A DNA stretch of 64,000 nucleotides from Gemmatimonadales bacterium (lineage in GTDB: Bacteria; Gemmatimonadota; Gemmatimonadetes; Gemmatimonadales; GWC2-71-9), in contig JBFGJG010000002.1 of the NCBI GenBank assembly GCA_041577295.1, positions 1 to 64,000 of the forward strand, given 5' to 3'. The notes under the pieces were generated by a model. The model was not told the origin of the DNA. It ran no database searches and was given only the letters and a program-made list of their open reading frames with translations. Each line of letters begins with the position of its first letter. The first letter of the stretch is position 1. A program made the translations under genes and the position numbers. Of the stretch, positions 11,057-21,510 are shown piece by piece.

Positions 11057-12144
11057 TGTACGACGCGCTCCAGATCTGAGAGCAGCTCCTGCACCCGTTC
11101 CGGTGAATGGTCACCCATATGGCCGATCCGGATAGTCCGTTCTTTCAACTCACCGTACCCCGATCCGATGGTCCACCCGCGATCGGCCATGGCCTTGGCG
11201 ATCGCGCGACCGTTTAACGCCTCCGGCACCGTGAGACAGGACACAGTCCACGACCGCCGTCCGGCGCGGGGAAGGTATCGAAAACCGATCTCGCCCCCTC
11301 GTCCCTCCACCCACCGCTCAACGCGCTCCCGCATCTGTGCGTGACGCCGCCAGCGCGCTTCAATGCCGCCGGCCGCTTCGATCCGGGCCACCTGAGCTTG
11401 CAGGGCGTAGTAAAGTGAGATCGCTGGGGTGTTGGTGGGTTGCGCCTCTTCCGCGGAATTCATGAATGAGACGACATCGAGGTACATGCCTCGCTCGGGA
11501 ACTCGTTTCGCACGCTCGACCATTCGCTCCGAAGCGACTGCCAGCGCGAGACCTGGCGGAAGGGCAAATGCTTTTTGCGATCCCGTAAAGACGAAATCCA
11601 GCTCCCAAGCATCAACCTCGACGGGAGAGCCTCCCACCGAGGTCACGGCGTCAACGAGGAGTAAAACATCCGGAAACTCACGCACGACCTGGGCCAGCTC
11701 TTCCAACGGTGCCAAGGCACCTGTGGACGTCTCGGAATGCACGACCGTCACGGCATCCACGTCGGATCTCGCGAGCGCATCCCGCAGCATCGACGCCTCC
11801 ACGACCTCGCCCAGCGGGACGTTCAGCCGCACCACGTCGCGCCCCGTGGCGGCCACGATGGCGGCAAACCGCGCACCGAAAGCGCCGCCAACCAACGACA
11901 GTGCACGATGACGAACCCCCGAGCGCACCGCCATTTCCATGAATCCCGTCGCCGCACACGTGCCGATCAATACGGGCCGCTGCGTCCGAAAGATGCGCCG
12001 AAGCGGTGCGTCGAGACTGGTCAGCAGCTCGACCATGCCGGCCCCCCGATGGGGAATCATCGGTCGGACCATCGCCCGTAAGACATCCGGGTGCACCTCG
12101 GTCGGCCCCGGAAGGAAGAAGCGCCCGAAGTCGGGCGCGGTCAT
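11053..12144 (-). CDS. Class V PLP aminotransferase (alanine-glyoxylate/serine-pyruvate type)
   Basis: LPGPTEV, HSETSTG, DAVTS, GSQKAF (PLP Lys), RIGHMG. Confidence 0.92.
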   Translation of the reverse strand: MTAPDFGRFFLPGPTEVHPDVLRAMVRPMIPHRGAGMVELLTSLDAPLRRIFRTQRPVLIGTCAATGFMEMAVRSGVRHRALSLVGGAFGARFAAIVAATGRDVVRLNVPLGEVVEASMLRDALARSDVDAVTVVHSETSTGALAPLEELAQVVREFPDVLLLVDAVTSVGGSPVEVDAWELDFVFTGSQKAFALPPGLALAVASERMVERAKRVPERGMYLDVVSFMNSAEEAQPTNTPAISLYYALQAQVARIEAAGGIEARWRRHAQMRERVERWVEGRGGEIGFRYLPRAGRRSWTVSCLTVPEALNGRAIAKAMADRGWTIGSGYGELKERTIRIGHMGDHSPERVQELLSDLERVVQ

Positions 12145-12812
12145 CCGGCCGCGCGCTCGTTCACCGTAGCCCACCTGTCCGCAATCGTCACCGCTTCCTC
12201 AGCCTCGATCAGTCGAACCCCCCGGTGCCGCCAGCCCTCGAGCAGGGCCGTTGCCTTTTGCGCCACGATTGGTTTGGTCGCGTCCGTGACCACAAAAAGT
12301 TGGGTCGTTGGACGCCGCTCTAGCAGCCCATCGATCGCAAAGCGATTGCACACGTCGAGGGCTACGCCGTAGATGATGATGGCTTCGGGATTCAGAACGT
12401 CCAGCACCGACTCGACATTGGGGTTCGTGAAGACATCGAACCGGTATTTGTGAAACAGAATGTCGCCATCGTGCTGCTCCACACGTTCGCGGAGCCACTG
12501 GGGATCGAGCGGTTCAGGCTCGATCACGAAAACACGTTCTAGCGCCGTCTCCGGAATCTTGCGCTGTCCCTTGGTTCCCCGGAGACAGTGCGGTGGATAC
12601 GTGCGGTCGAAATCCGGATGCTCCGAGATTTCCTCGTGTTCGAGGACGTGGTCGTCGGCGCTGGCAACCACCCGTATTCCACGGGCGTGCGCGCACGCAG
12701 TGAGCTTCCTCAACGCGGGTATGATAGCCTCGGCATCCGGCACGTAGAGCTTACCGTCCCGATGCATGAAATCGTGCTGTGTATCGACGTCCCAAAAAAT
12801 GAGTCCTGACAT
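12141..12812 (-). CDS. pncA: Nicotinamidase / isochorismatase-family cysteine hydrolase
   Basis: DVDTQHDF, PPHC, K, GVALDVC triad; adjacent to a nicotinate PRTase-like gene. Confidence 0.8.
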   Translation of the reverse strand: MSGLIFWDVDTQHDFMHRDGKLYVPDAEAIIPALRKLTACAHARGIRVVASADDHVLEHEEISEHPDFDRTYPPHCLRGTKGQRKIPETALERVFVIEPEPLDPQWLRERVEQHDGDILFHKYRFDVFTNPNVESVLDVLNPEAIIIYGVALDVCNRFAIDGLLERRPTTQLFVVTDATKPIVAQKATALLEGWRHRGVRLIEAEEAVTIADRWATVNERAAG

Positions 12813-12860
12813 CCAATCGCCTCTTAACTCGGCTCGAGTTCTAAGCTAACGAAACCGCGA

Positions 12861-13925
12861 TCACTCCACTCGCTCGAGCCGCGAATTCGGACGGTAGTCC
12901 CTTCCAATTTTGGCGCACGGCTTTCCGTTTACCATCACCACGTCTGCCGTGAAGTCGTAGCGCCCGTGGTCGCGGAACAGTGACGACCCGACGCCGTATG
13001 CATCCACCGGGACACCGAGCCGCTCGAAATGCTCGATCTTTTCGACTGTGAACCCACCGGATGCAACTATCTTGACGTGCTGAAAGCCTTCGGCGTCGAG
13101 TGCCTTTCGCACATTACACACCAGCTGCGGGTTCACACCGGTGGGCGTGAAGGATCCCATCTGCGGCATGACCGAAGCATCGACCATCGTGCTTGAGGTA
13201 TCGAGCCTCACCCCATAGAGCCGCTCACCGATCGCTCTCGCAACCGCGAGTGACGTCTGCACGCAGTCGTTGTCGAAGTCAACGAGGCTCACCAGCCGGA
13301 CATGCTCGGGCATGTATTGCACGAACTTCTGCGTCGCCAGTACGGTGTCACCACCGTACGCCGCAATGACTCCATGTGGAACTGTCCCGATCCCCTCGCT
13401 CCCCCACCAGGACGCCTGCGCGTCGGTGGAGACCCCGATCGCACCTGCAATGTGCGCGGCGTAGCCATCGCCGGTTTGAACCAACCAGTGATCGTGGCGA
13501 GCGGGAAAGAACATGACCTCTTTTGGTTTCGCTGCTTCCACGACCAGTCGCGTGTTGCTACCCACCCGCGTGCGGCGTGCGAGGACACCCAGGTAGAGCG
13601 TCTCCAAGTGCGCAAACGCATCGTAGGGACCCTCGATGGTCATGACGGTCTCCCAGGGCTCGAACTCGTCCCCATCGTACAGGGCGTGAACCACGAGATC
13701 CTGCCACGGACTAGCGCACAGCTTGAGGATGGCGATCGCTTCGTCGATGCCACCGAGATAGGCGTGCGACTTGCAGAAAACCTGCATCAGGACGGGTGGC
13801 CGATGACGATCGGCGAGGAGCACTTCCCGCGTGCGCACGAAGTATTTATCCGAGTAATACCCAGAGCGCATCTTGTCGACGGGAAGATGGAAGATGGACG
13901 GATCCAGCCGTTTTCGCCTGGCCAT
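12861..13925 (-). CDS. Nicotinate phosphoribosyltransferase-like (QAPRTase fold)
   Basis: SDKYF, GTVPH, GVRLDT, ASGGF, YGVGS, FTADVV; paired with pncA. Confidence 0.85.
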   Translation of the reverse strand: MARRKRLDPSIFHLPVDKMRSGYYSDKYFVRTREVLLADRHRPPVLMQVFCKSHAYLGGIDEAIAILKLCASPWQDLVVHALYDGDEFEPWETVMTIEGPYDAFAHLETLYLGVLARRTRVGSNTRLVVEAAKPKEVMFFPARHDHWLVQTGDGYAAHIAGAIGVSTDAQASWWGSEGIGTVPHGVIAAYGGDTVLATQKFVQYMPEHVRLVSLVDFDNDCVQTSLAVARAIGERLYGVRLDTSSTMVDASVMPQMGSFTPTGVNPQLVCNVRKALDAEGFQHVKIVASGGFTVEKIEHFERLGVPVDAYGVGSSLFRDHGRYDFTADVVMVNGKPCAKIGRDYRPNSRLERVE

Positions 13926-14636
13926 CTACTCAACGTCCTGTCTTACGGCATAGCGTAGCGCCCGACGCCGAAGCCATCGGATCACCAGGGCGTCGGAGAG
14001 ACCGCGCAGCCCGCGATCCCACATACCGTACTTGGTAGAGCCGTGGCGACGGGGGCGATGCGATACCGGCACTTCGATGACTTGACCTCCCTCGAGCCGG
14101 ATCAGTGTCGGGAGAAATCGGTGCATTCCGTCGAAGCGCGGGAGGCGAAGGAGTGCCGCTCTCCTGAATGCTTTGAGTCCGCACCCGGTATCTCGTACTG
14201 CATCGTTCGTGATCCAGTTGCGGACCGCGTTGGCGATCCGACTCTGGATTCGCTTCCATCGCGAGTCTGCCCTGCGCACCCGGAAACCCACAGCGGCACT
14301 CCATTGGGATTCGCTGCTCAACAGATCGAGCAGCTGAGGAAGCTCGGCCGGGTCGTTCTGTCCATCGGCATCGACGGTCGCAATCACATCGCCCCTCGCG
14401 GCATCACAACCTGCCATCAACGCTCCGCTCTGCCCACTACGATGGGCAAGCGCGACGACCCGCAAGTTTGGATACTGCCGGCGCAATACAAGCAGTGCAT
14501 CGAGGGATCCGTCCGTCGACGCGTCATCGACCGCGACAATCTCGTGCGGCCGACCCTCGAGCGCGGTGGTGATCTCCGCCAACAACGGCGCAAGGTTGTC
14601 TCGTTCATTATGAATTGGTAGCACAACGGAGATCAC
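13926..14636 (-). CDS. GT2 polyprenol-phosphate glycosyltransferase (DPM1/ArnC-like)
   Basis: VDDASTDGS, DADGQND, DTGCGLK, HRPRRHGSTKY. Confidence 0.9.
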   Translation of the reverse strand: MISVVLPIHNERDNLAPLLAEITTALEGRPHEIVAVDDASTDGSLDALLVLRRQYPNLRVVALAHRSGQSGALMAGCDAARGDVIATVDADGQNDPAELPQLLDLLSSESQWSAAVGFRVRRADSRWKRIQSRIANAVRNWITNDAVRDTGCGLKAFRRAALLRLPRFDGMHRFLPTLIRLEGGQVIEVPVSHRPRRHGSTKYGMWDRGLRGLSDALVIRWLRRRALRYAVRQDVE

Positions 14637-14791
14637 GGGCCGATCCTCGCGCCGTCCAGCTATTCCTACAGCACGATTGGTCGTCTAGAGTTAGGCGAGT
14701 GAACCTATGCCTGGACCGCGGGTGAATCAAGTTGACATCGGGCTGACGGTCTTCATTTATTCGGCAAGTGTCTATTCCAGGGAGCCACAAG

Positions 14792-15823
14792 ATGGCCGAC
14801 ATGCCCCGCCGCACCTTCCTCAAAGGAACATCTGGGTTCGCCGCCGTAGGGGTCGCCGCGACCGCGTTCCCCACCCCGGCGATCCGACGGTCGCGTCAAG
14901 CCCGCGTGGTGGCGGTTGCCTCTTCCAACGGCCTGCGGGCCGTCGGACGAGCGGGAGAGCTTCTCGCGCAAGATGTCGACACGCTCGATGCGGCCATCGA
15001 AGGCGTAAAAATTCAGGAACTGGATCCCGAGGACACCTCGGTTGGATACGGTGGGCTCCCCAACGAGGAAGGGGTAGTGCAGCTCGACGCGTCTTGCATG
15101 CATGGGCCATCGCGTCGCGCGGGGGCCGTCGCCGCACTCGAGGGTATCAAGACACCAAGCGTCGTGGCCAAATACGTTCTGCAATACACCGATCATATCC
15201 TCCTCGTCGGTGAGGGTGCGAAACGCTTCGCCCTGTCCTACGGCTTCATCGAAGAGGACCTCCTGACCGAGAAGTCCCGCCAACTGTGGCTTCGGTGGCG
15301 GGCAAACCGGAGTGCCGACGACGATTGGCTCGACGTGACTGACGAAGAGCGAATGCCGGCGCGACCAACCGGAACCATCAACTGCAACGTGGTCAACAGC
15401 CGTGGCGAGGTCTCGTCAGTGACCACCACGAGCGGACTCGCGTGGAAGATTCCGGGCCGGGCCGGTGACTCACCGCTCATCGGCGCCGGTCAGTACACGG
15501 ACAACGACGTCGGCGCGGCCGGATCGACGGGCCGAGGGGAGGCCAACATCAAAGTCTGCGGCGCCTTCTTGACGGTTGAGTTCATGCGACGCGGGCTCAA
15601 GCCCACCGACGCGGCCCGGGAAACCCTCAAGCGAGTCGTAGCGACGACGGAGCCACGTCTGCTCAACGAGCGAGGACGCCCACGATTTGACCTAAGCTTC
15701 TACGCGGTGAACAAGAACGGAGACTTCGGCGCGGCATCCATTTACCCGGGCCGATATGCAGTTCATGATGGCCAGACCGCGTCGCTTCGGGATCGCGCGC
15801 CCCTGTTCGAGTCACCTGCGTGA
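14792..15823 (+). CDS. N(4)-(beta-N-acetylglucosaminyl)-L-asparaginase (Ntn hydrolase), Tat-exported
   Basis: RRTFLK Tat motif; SVGYGGLPN, LDASCM, GT nucleophile, TSGLAWKIPGRAGDSP. Confidence 0.9.
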   Translation: MADMPRRTFLKGTSGFAAVGVAATAFPTPAIRRSRQARVVAVASSNGLRAVGRAGELLAQDVDTLDAAIEGVKIQELDPEDTSVGYGGLPNEEGVVQLDASCMHGPSRRAGAVAALEGIKTPSVVAKYVLQYTDHILLVGEGAKRFALSYGFIEEDLLTEKSRQLWLRWRANRSADDDWLDVTDEERMPARPTGTINCNVVNSRGEVSSVTTTSGLAWKIPGRAGDSPLIGAGQYTDNDVGAAGSTGRGEANIKVCGAFLTVEFMRRGLKPTDAARETLKRVVATTEPRLLNERGRPRFDLSFYAVNKNGDFGAASIYPGRYAVHDGQTASLRDRAPLFESPA

Positions 15824-17004
15824 GAATCTCCATCGGCCTACTGATCGGGGCCCTGCTGGTTCCCCGACCGTGCGCCGCTCAGCTCCCGGACCTTCCGACG
15901 TTCGGGCCGGATTGGGTGGATTTCTCCTACCCAAAGCTCTTTTGGGGCCCGCGTGAGGGACTCACCGTCGGCCTCTACTACGCTCAAGTACATCCTTTTG
16001 GGTACGATGACTGGGATTCACCACCCCCATTCCGCGGATCGATCTCCGTCGATGGCCAGATCTCGACCTCGGGGAGCCGGAGACTCGGCACCGAGTTGTG
16101 GTTTCCACAAATGGCCGACGGCTGGCGCTTCCTCATTTCGTTGGTGGCCCAGAGGCGAGCGCGCGAGAACTACTTTGGCCTCGGAAACGACTCGGAAGGG
16201 GAGGTCGACAGCCTCGAGCAGATCAACGATCTGTTCTTCCGATCCGATAACCGCCGGGTGTATCTGCGGGGAGCGGTGCAGCGCCGCGTGGTGGGCCCGA
16301 TCCGTGTGCTGGGTGGATTTCACCTCGAAGGTTGGCGGATCGATACGCTGTCCGGCCGCACGCTGCTCGCGGACGATGCGGATGCCGGCCGTGCCGCATC
16401 CGTTGGGGAGAACGTCTTCGATGCCGCACTGCGGGTAGGACTCGTCATCGACCTGCGAGATGATGAGGTATCGCCAAGACGCGGAGCCCTCTTTCAAGCG
16501 ATCCACGCGGCCGCGGACGCGGACGTGGCGGGAGATGCCTCATACACGCGAACGACCCTCTCTGCGGCGGGCTACGTCCCAGTCACGAGCCGCGTCGTCG
16601 TGGCTGGCCGGATGCTCGGACAGACCATGGGGGGTAGCCCGAGACTCGGGAACCTCTACCACATCGAGGCAGCCGAGCATCCCACCTTTGGCCTCGGCGG
16701 CGCTGGTTCGCATCGTGGTCTCTACGACCGGCGCCTATTGGGACCAGACAAGCTGCTCATGAACTTCGACGTTCGCTTCGATGCGTTTGCGATTCGCACC
16801 CTCGCCGTGCTCACCGTCGTCGGCTTTGTCGACGCGGGGCGCGTGTTTCAGAAGCGCCAGCTCGAGCTCACGACCGACGATCTCAAGGTGGGAGGTGGAT
16901 TGGGGCTGATGCTCCGTATCGGGCGGGCGGGCGTGCTCGGAGGCACGTGGGCCACAGGCCCAGATGGCCTCGTCTCACAGTTCCACGGTGGGTGGACCTA
17001 CTGA
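15820..17004 (+). CDS. Omp85/BamA-TamA family beta-barrel without POTRA domains
   Basis: Signal peptide; DLRDDEVSPRRG, LGG..SHRG, FVDAGRV, terminal aromatic residue. Confidence 0.75.
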   Translation: MRISIGLLIGALLVPRPCAAQLPDLPTFGPDWVDFSYPKLFWGPREGLTVGLYYAQVHPFGYDDWDSPPPFRGSISVDGQISTSGSRRLGTELWFPQMADGWRFLISLVAQRRARENYFGLGNDSEGEVDSLEQINDLFFRSDNRRVYLRGAVQRRVVGPIRVLGGFHLEGWRIDTLSGRTLLADDADAGRAASVGENVFDAALRVGLVIDLRDDEVSPRRGALFQAIHAAADADVAGDASYTRTTLSAAGYVPVTSRVVVAGRMLGQTMGGSPRLGNLYHIEAAEHPTFGLGGAGSHRGLYDRRLLGPDKLLMNFDVRFDAFAIRTLAVLTVVGFVDAGRVFQKRQLELTTDDLKVGGGLGLMLRIGRAGVLGGTWATGPDGLVSQFHGGWTY

Positions 17005-17030
17005 GAAGCAGTGAGCAGTAAGGAGAGGAG
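17005..17030 (+). repeat. Degenerate heptamer repeat after a stop codon
   Basis: gaagcag tgagcag taaggag. Confidence 0.4.
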
Positions 17031-17063
17031 GTAGTGATTCTGGCGAGCGACACTGCCTACCGC

Positions 17064-17594
17064 TCACTGCAGTAACGCCAGTACCTCGCGCAACGTGGAT
17101 TCTCCACGATCCTTCGCGTACCAGCGGCGCACCTGGGGATACAACTCGCTCCGTGGCATCGTGCTCTTGTTCGCCACCACCCATTCCTGGAGCTCACTGG
17201 GACGCGGACCCCAGTAACCGATCTCCTGGTAATCGGAATCCAGTACGATCACGATCGGAATGGACCTCGTGCCATCGGTGAGATACCGATCCATGATTTC
17301 CGGGTGCTCATCACGCCGAATCACACGCATCTCGAGACATTCCGCCTCGTCTCCGAGCCGTGCGAGGACCGGAACAGTGTTGCTCGCGTCGCCACACCAG
17401 TCCTCGACGATCACGAGGAGGCGCGCGGTCTTGCCTCGCTCACACGCCAATCCGAACGCCCACTCTGGAATTCGTGCGGTGCGATATACGCCTTCCCACA
17501 ACCCTCGATTCTTCTTGGACTCTTCGACGAACTGCTGATAGCTGAGCGCTTCGGTCCACACACTTCGAAAATCCAGTCCACTGACGGCCTTCAT
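17064..17594 (-). CDS. Thioredoxin-family protein (WCGD type)
   Basis: EDWCGDA, RSIP cis-Pro loop, WGPRP. Confidence 0.85.
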   Translation of the reverse strand: MKAVSGLDFRSVWTEALSYQQFVEESKKNRGLWEGVYRTARIPEWAFGLACERGKTARLLVIVEDWCGDASNTVPVLARLGDEAECLEMRVIRRDEHPEIMDRYLTDGTRSIPIVIVLDSDYQEIGYWGPRPSELQEWVVANKSTMPRSELYPQVRRWYAKDRGESTLREVLALLQ

Positions 17595-18742
17595 GACTTG
17601 TCACCAACCTCCTGGATGTCGATCCCCCTAAGGCGCAGTGCGGCCACATACGCCTCGAACGGAGTTGCAATATACGCCGGCCGAACGCCCAGTTGTGTGA
17701 CGCGTCCCTCAACTTGCATTTGGGCCGTAATCGACAACGAGTATCCGGTGGCACGCATCATCGCGCTGATGCCTTGCTCGACGTCGTAGTGATCCACGAG
17801 CTGAAAGGTCACCGCGGCTGCCTCGCCGTTTCGGTCGCCGCGTGCCACGACTTTCAGCGCCACGAGATCTTCCGCTTCCGGATGCCGGAGCTGCGGCTCG
17901 ACCACGGCGATGAAGACGTCACGCGGAACGACCTTCGTCCCCCTCACCGTGACGGGGTCGAGCTTGAAAAGACCGAGCGCCCGCATGGCGCGGATCAGCC
18001 CTGCGTGCCCCCGATATCGCAGCGTCTTGTACTCCATCTGCCGTATCTGGCCGGCGAAGTGCCACGGCATCGTGGACACACCTCCCGCGGTATGAAACGC
18101 CTCGAGCTTGCCCAGGGGCTCAGGAAACGTGACTTCCTCCACTTCGGAGAGTGCGTCAACCTGCGTTGGACGACTATCCCGCAGCACCCATGAGGGCGTG
18201 CTGTAGTAATCGAGCACCCCCTCGAGTGAGTAAACCACCTGGTAGTTCAATGGTGGGGTGGGGTGCTGAGGAAGTCCGCCCACGTAGAGCTTGACCGCAT
18301 CGACCTCATCGAGGCGGCGAATACCCTCTGCCGCGAGGATGTTCGCCATGCCGGGCGCGAGACCACAGTCGGGAACGACCGACACAGATTTCGCGAGCGC
18401 GGCCTCATGGAGCGTTTCTTGTTGCCGGACAATCTCCGTATTGCCACCGAGATCGGTGAAGTGCACACCCGCCTCGACCGCGAGGCACGCCATGGGATAG
18501 TTGAAGTAGTAAGGGATGGCAGCCAACACGGCGTCGTGCGCACGCATTGCCTTGAGCACGGCGGACTCATCCCGGACGTCGAGCTCCAAGAAATCCAGCC
18601 TCTTGCCCACACGCCGCTTGAGAAATCCCGGTGTGTGCTCAAAGCGGCAGTCGGCCACCGTGACCGTTGCGTCGCTCCGTTCGAGGAGGTCGAACGCGCT
18701 GGCGGAGCCCTGGAAACCAGCCCCTAACACAAGCATTTTCAT
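17591..18742 (-). CDS. Saccharopine dehydrogenase / lysine 6-dehydrogenase family
   Basis: GAGFQG, DLGGN, DCGLAPG, VGGLPQ, YKTLRY, MMRATGY. Confidence 0.88.
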   Translation of the reverse strand: MKMLVLGAGFQGSASAFDLLERSDATVTVADCRFEHTPGFLKRRVGKRLDFLELDVRDESAVLKAMRAHDAVLAAIPYYFNYPMACLAVEAGVHFTDLGGNTEIVRQQETLHEAALAKSVSVVPDCGLAPGMANILAAEGIRRLDEVDAVKLYVGGLPQHPTPPLNYQVVYSLEGVLDYYSTPSWVLRDSRPTQVDALSEVEEVTFPEPLGKLEAFHTAGGVSTMPWHFAGQIRQMEYKTLRYRGHAGLIRAMRALGLFKLDPVTVRGTKVVPRDVFIAVVEPQLRHPEAEDLVALKVVARGDRNGEAAAVTFQLVDHYDVEQGISAMMRATGYSLSITAQMQVEGRVTQLGVRPAYIATPFEAYVAALRLRGIDIQEVGDKS

Positions 18743-18960
18743 ACACTTACTCCGATGTCGTCCCCATCTGGGGCCGGGAAAGATAGGCGGTCTCCGGTGT
18801 TGCTGGAATGGGCGCTCGTCAGGCGGACCGCCCGACAGATAGTGAGATCATTGGATGGTCGAACCTCTTGGAGCCCCCACTCACGGGACGGCCATCGAGG
18901 CGCTAGACAATTACTGGAAAACGAGTTAACTACTCGCACCCCCTGTGAGGAGATTCGGTG

Positions 18961-20313
18961 ATGGCAGCTCCGGCAGCGCAACCTCAGCGAGACTCGTGGG
19001 CAACCCGGGCGGGCTTCATTCTCGCGGCGGTCGGCTCCGCGGTTGGACTCGGGAACATGTGGCGGTTCTCGTACATGGCCTCGCAGGGTGGCGGCGCGTC
19101 CTTCGTACTCCTCTACCTGATCTTCGTCGCCATCGTTGGCGTCCCGCTCATGACGTCGGAGTTCATCGTGGGCCGCATGGCGCAGGAGTCGCCAGCAAGA
19201 GCGGTCAGGCGATTGGGTGGGTCGGCGTGGGGCCCGCTCGGAATGCTCTTTGTCTTCTGTGGGTTTGGCATTCTCTCGTATTACTCCGTGATCGCAGGGT
19301 GGACCGTTCGCTATGCGGTCGACGCGCTTCGGGGGGCTATCCCATCCGATGCAGCAGCGTACTTCACGGCGGTTTCCGTGGGTGGCGACGCCTTGATCGC
19401 CCACCTGCTCTTCATGGCTGCCACGATCTTCATCGTGATGAGCGGTGTGAAAAAAGGGCTCGAGCGCGCAGCGCTCATCCTGATGCCGATGCTCTTCGTG
19501 CTACTCGTGGGGTTGGCGGTCTGGTCAGCCACTCTGGGAGGAGCGGGAGAAGCCTATGCGTACTATTTGCGCCCGCAATTGGGTGAGCTGTTTGATCGGG
19601 ACATCATCACGGACGCGGCGGGGCAGGCCTTCTTCTCCCTGAGCCTCGGCATGGGAGCCCTGATGACGTACGCATCCTACCTCCACTCAAAGGAGAATCT
19701 GGGCAAAGAAGCGGCGCTCGTCGCGCTGACCGATTTTGGGGTGGCGTTCATTGCTGGCCTCGTGGTGTTTCCGGTCGTGTTCAGCTTTGGCCTGCTGGAT
19801 CAGATCGGAGAGAGTGCGGTCGGCGCCCTGTTCATTTCACTACCGGCCGGCTTCGCCGAACTGGGTCGCGTGGGTGGGTTCATCCAAGGCGCATTCTTCG
19901 TCATGCTCTTCTTCGCAGCCCTCACCTCGGCAATCTCACTCCTCGAGGTGGTGGTGGCGGCCGCTGTGGACGTCTGGCAGTGGGCACGGAAACGCGCTGC
20001 GCTCGTGCTCGGCGCCATCGTTGCGTTGATGGGGGTTCCATCAGCCTTCAGTACCGAATTCCTGGGTGCCGCCGATCAGCTCGTGGGCAATTTTCTGTTG
20101 ATCGTCGGCGGGTTCTTCACAGCCATCCTGGTAGGGTACAGGATACTCCCACAGGCCGATCAAGAGCTGAGTCAGGGACTCGACAATGTCACCGCTCGCA
20201 AAGCGTGGAGCTTCTTCGTGCGGTATATATCGCCCGCCGTGTTGCTGGTGGTTCTGGTCTTCTTAGTGCAGCCGACGTGGGCGGCGATACAGACACTGAT
20301 TGGACTTGATTAG
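18961..20313 (+). CDS. Sodium-dependent transporter, NSS/SNF family
   Basis: GSAVGLGNMWRF, GQAFFSLSLG, AALTSAISLLE. Confidence 0.95.
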   Translation: MAAPAAQPQRDSWATRAGFILAAVGSAVGLGNMWRFSYMASQGGGASFVLLYLIFVAIVGVPLMTSEFIVGRMAQESPARAVRRLGGSAWGPLGMLFVFCGFGILSYYSVIAGWTVRYAVDALRGAIPSDAAAYFTAVSVGGDALIAHLLFMAATIFIVMSGVKKGLERAALILMPMLFVLLVGLAVWSATLGGAGEAYAYYLRPQLGELFDRDIITDAAGQAFFSLSLGMGALMTYASYLHSKENLGKEAALVALTDFGVAFIAGLVVFPVVFSFGLLDQIGESAVGALFISLPAGFAELGRVGGFIQGAFFVMLFFAALTSAISLLEVVVAAAVDVWQWARKRAALVLGAIVALMGVPSAFSTEFLGAADQLVGNFLLIVGGFFTAILVGYRILPQADQELSQGLDNVTARKAWSFFVRYISPAVLLVVLVFLVQPTWAAIQTLIGLD

Positions 20314-20343
20314 GAACAAACAGGATAGAAGGGATAGCTTCCG

Positions 20344-21441
20344 CTAATTCCCCTCGGCTGTGTAGACGTCGTCCAGCGCGGTATCCGGTCGAGGCGCATT
20401 GTCGCGCCGGCTTTGGAGTGCGTCCTCCGCGGCGTGGTCGATCTCGTCGCTGACCCGGGCCTCGATCTCCTCCAACTCCCCGACGGTCACGCCCTCACAT
20501 TTCAGGTACTCCTCATAGAGACCGATGGGGTCGCGTCGTCCCCACAGCTCGTACATTTCCGGTGGAATGACGTGACGGGCCTCCCGTTCGTCGTGCGTGG
20601 CGTGACCACCCATGCGGAACGTTTCGGCCGCGAGAATCACCGGACCTTCACCGGCGCGACATCGCTCCGCCGCAATCCGCGTCGCGGCATATGCATCGAG
20701 CACGTTGTTCCCGTCAAACGGCCAACCAGCACACCCATATGCTTCGTGCACGCTTGTAAAGTCTTCCGGGAGATGATGCTGGCTGCGCAGCGTCCCCAAC
20801 GCGATCTGATTGTTCTGAATGATGAAGATGACCGGAAGTCGCTGCACCGCCGCAAAGTTGAAGGCTTCGTGCGTGGGGCCTGACTTCACCGACCCGTCGC
20901 CCACCCAGGTAAGTGCGATCCCTGGATTGCCCCGCATGCGGTTTGCGAGCGCGATACCGGCGGCCACAGGTGGCATATTTCCGATGTTGGAGATGGGCTG
21001 GAGCACACGGTGGGCAAAGCTACCCACGTGGCCGTCACGGCCTTTCGATGGCGAATCAAACGTTCCCAGGTATCCGCGGAGCATGTCGGCGATGGGCATC
21101 CCCATCTCGCTGCAAGCTCCAGCGTTGCGGATCATCGGAGCTACGACGTCGCGAGTTCGCTCGAGCGCGTGCACCGGGCCCACGGTGGTGGCCTCTTCCC
21201 CCGTTCCGAGCCAAGCCTTCGAGATGACGCCCTGATGCACCCAGCGCTTGAGCATGATGTCGTGCAGCCTGACCCGCACCATTCCAGCGTAGAGTGCCAG
21301 TTTGGTCTCGCGGTCCAGTCTCTCGACGATCGCGTGCCGGGCGGGATCTTCTGCCAAGTGCGCTATGTACTGTTCGACGAGGGAAGGATCGGCCTGCCAC
21401 TCGACGTATTCTGGTGGATCGTAGGCGGGGAACCGCTTCAT
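20344..21441 (-). CDS. TPP-dependent 2-oxoacid dehydrogenase E1 alpha subunit
   Basis: GDG-x-QNN TPP motif, RMGGHATHD. Confidence 0.9.
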   Translation of the reverse strand: MKRFPAYDPPEYVEWQADPSLVEQYIAHLAEDPARHAIVERLDRETKLALYAGMVRVRLHDIMLKRWVHQGVISKAWLGTGEEATTVGPVHALERTRDVVAPMIRNAGACSEMGMPIADMLRGYLGTFDSPSKGRDGHVGSFAHRVLQPISNIGNMPPVAAGIALANRMRGNPGIALTWVGDGSVKSGPTHEAFNFAAVQRLPVIFIIQNNQIALGTLRSQHHLPEDFTSVHEAYGCAGWPFDGNNVLDAYAATRIAAERCRAGEGPVILAAETFRMGGHATHDEREARHVIPPEMYELWGRRDPIGLYEEYLKCEGVTVGELEEIEARVSDEIDHAAEDALQSRRDNAPRPDTALDDVYTAEGN

Positions 21442-21510
21442 CGAACCGTGCGTTGCCGGGGTTGCATGGTGGGCCTAATATCCGCTCATGGGTAGGACAG
21501 GAGCAAGTCG

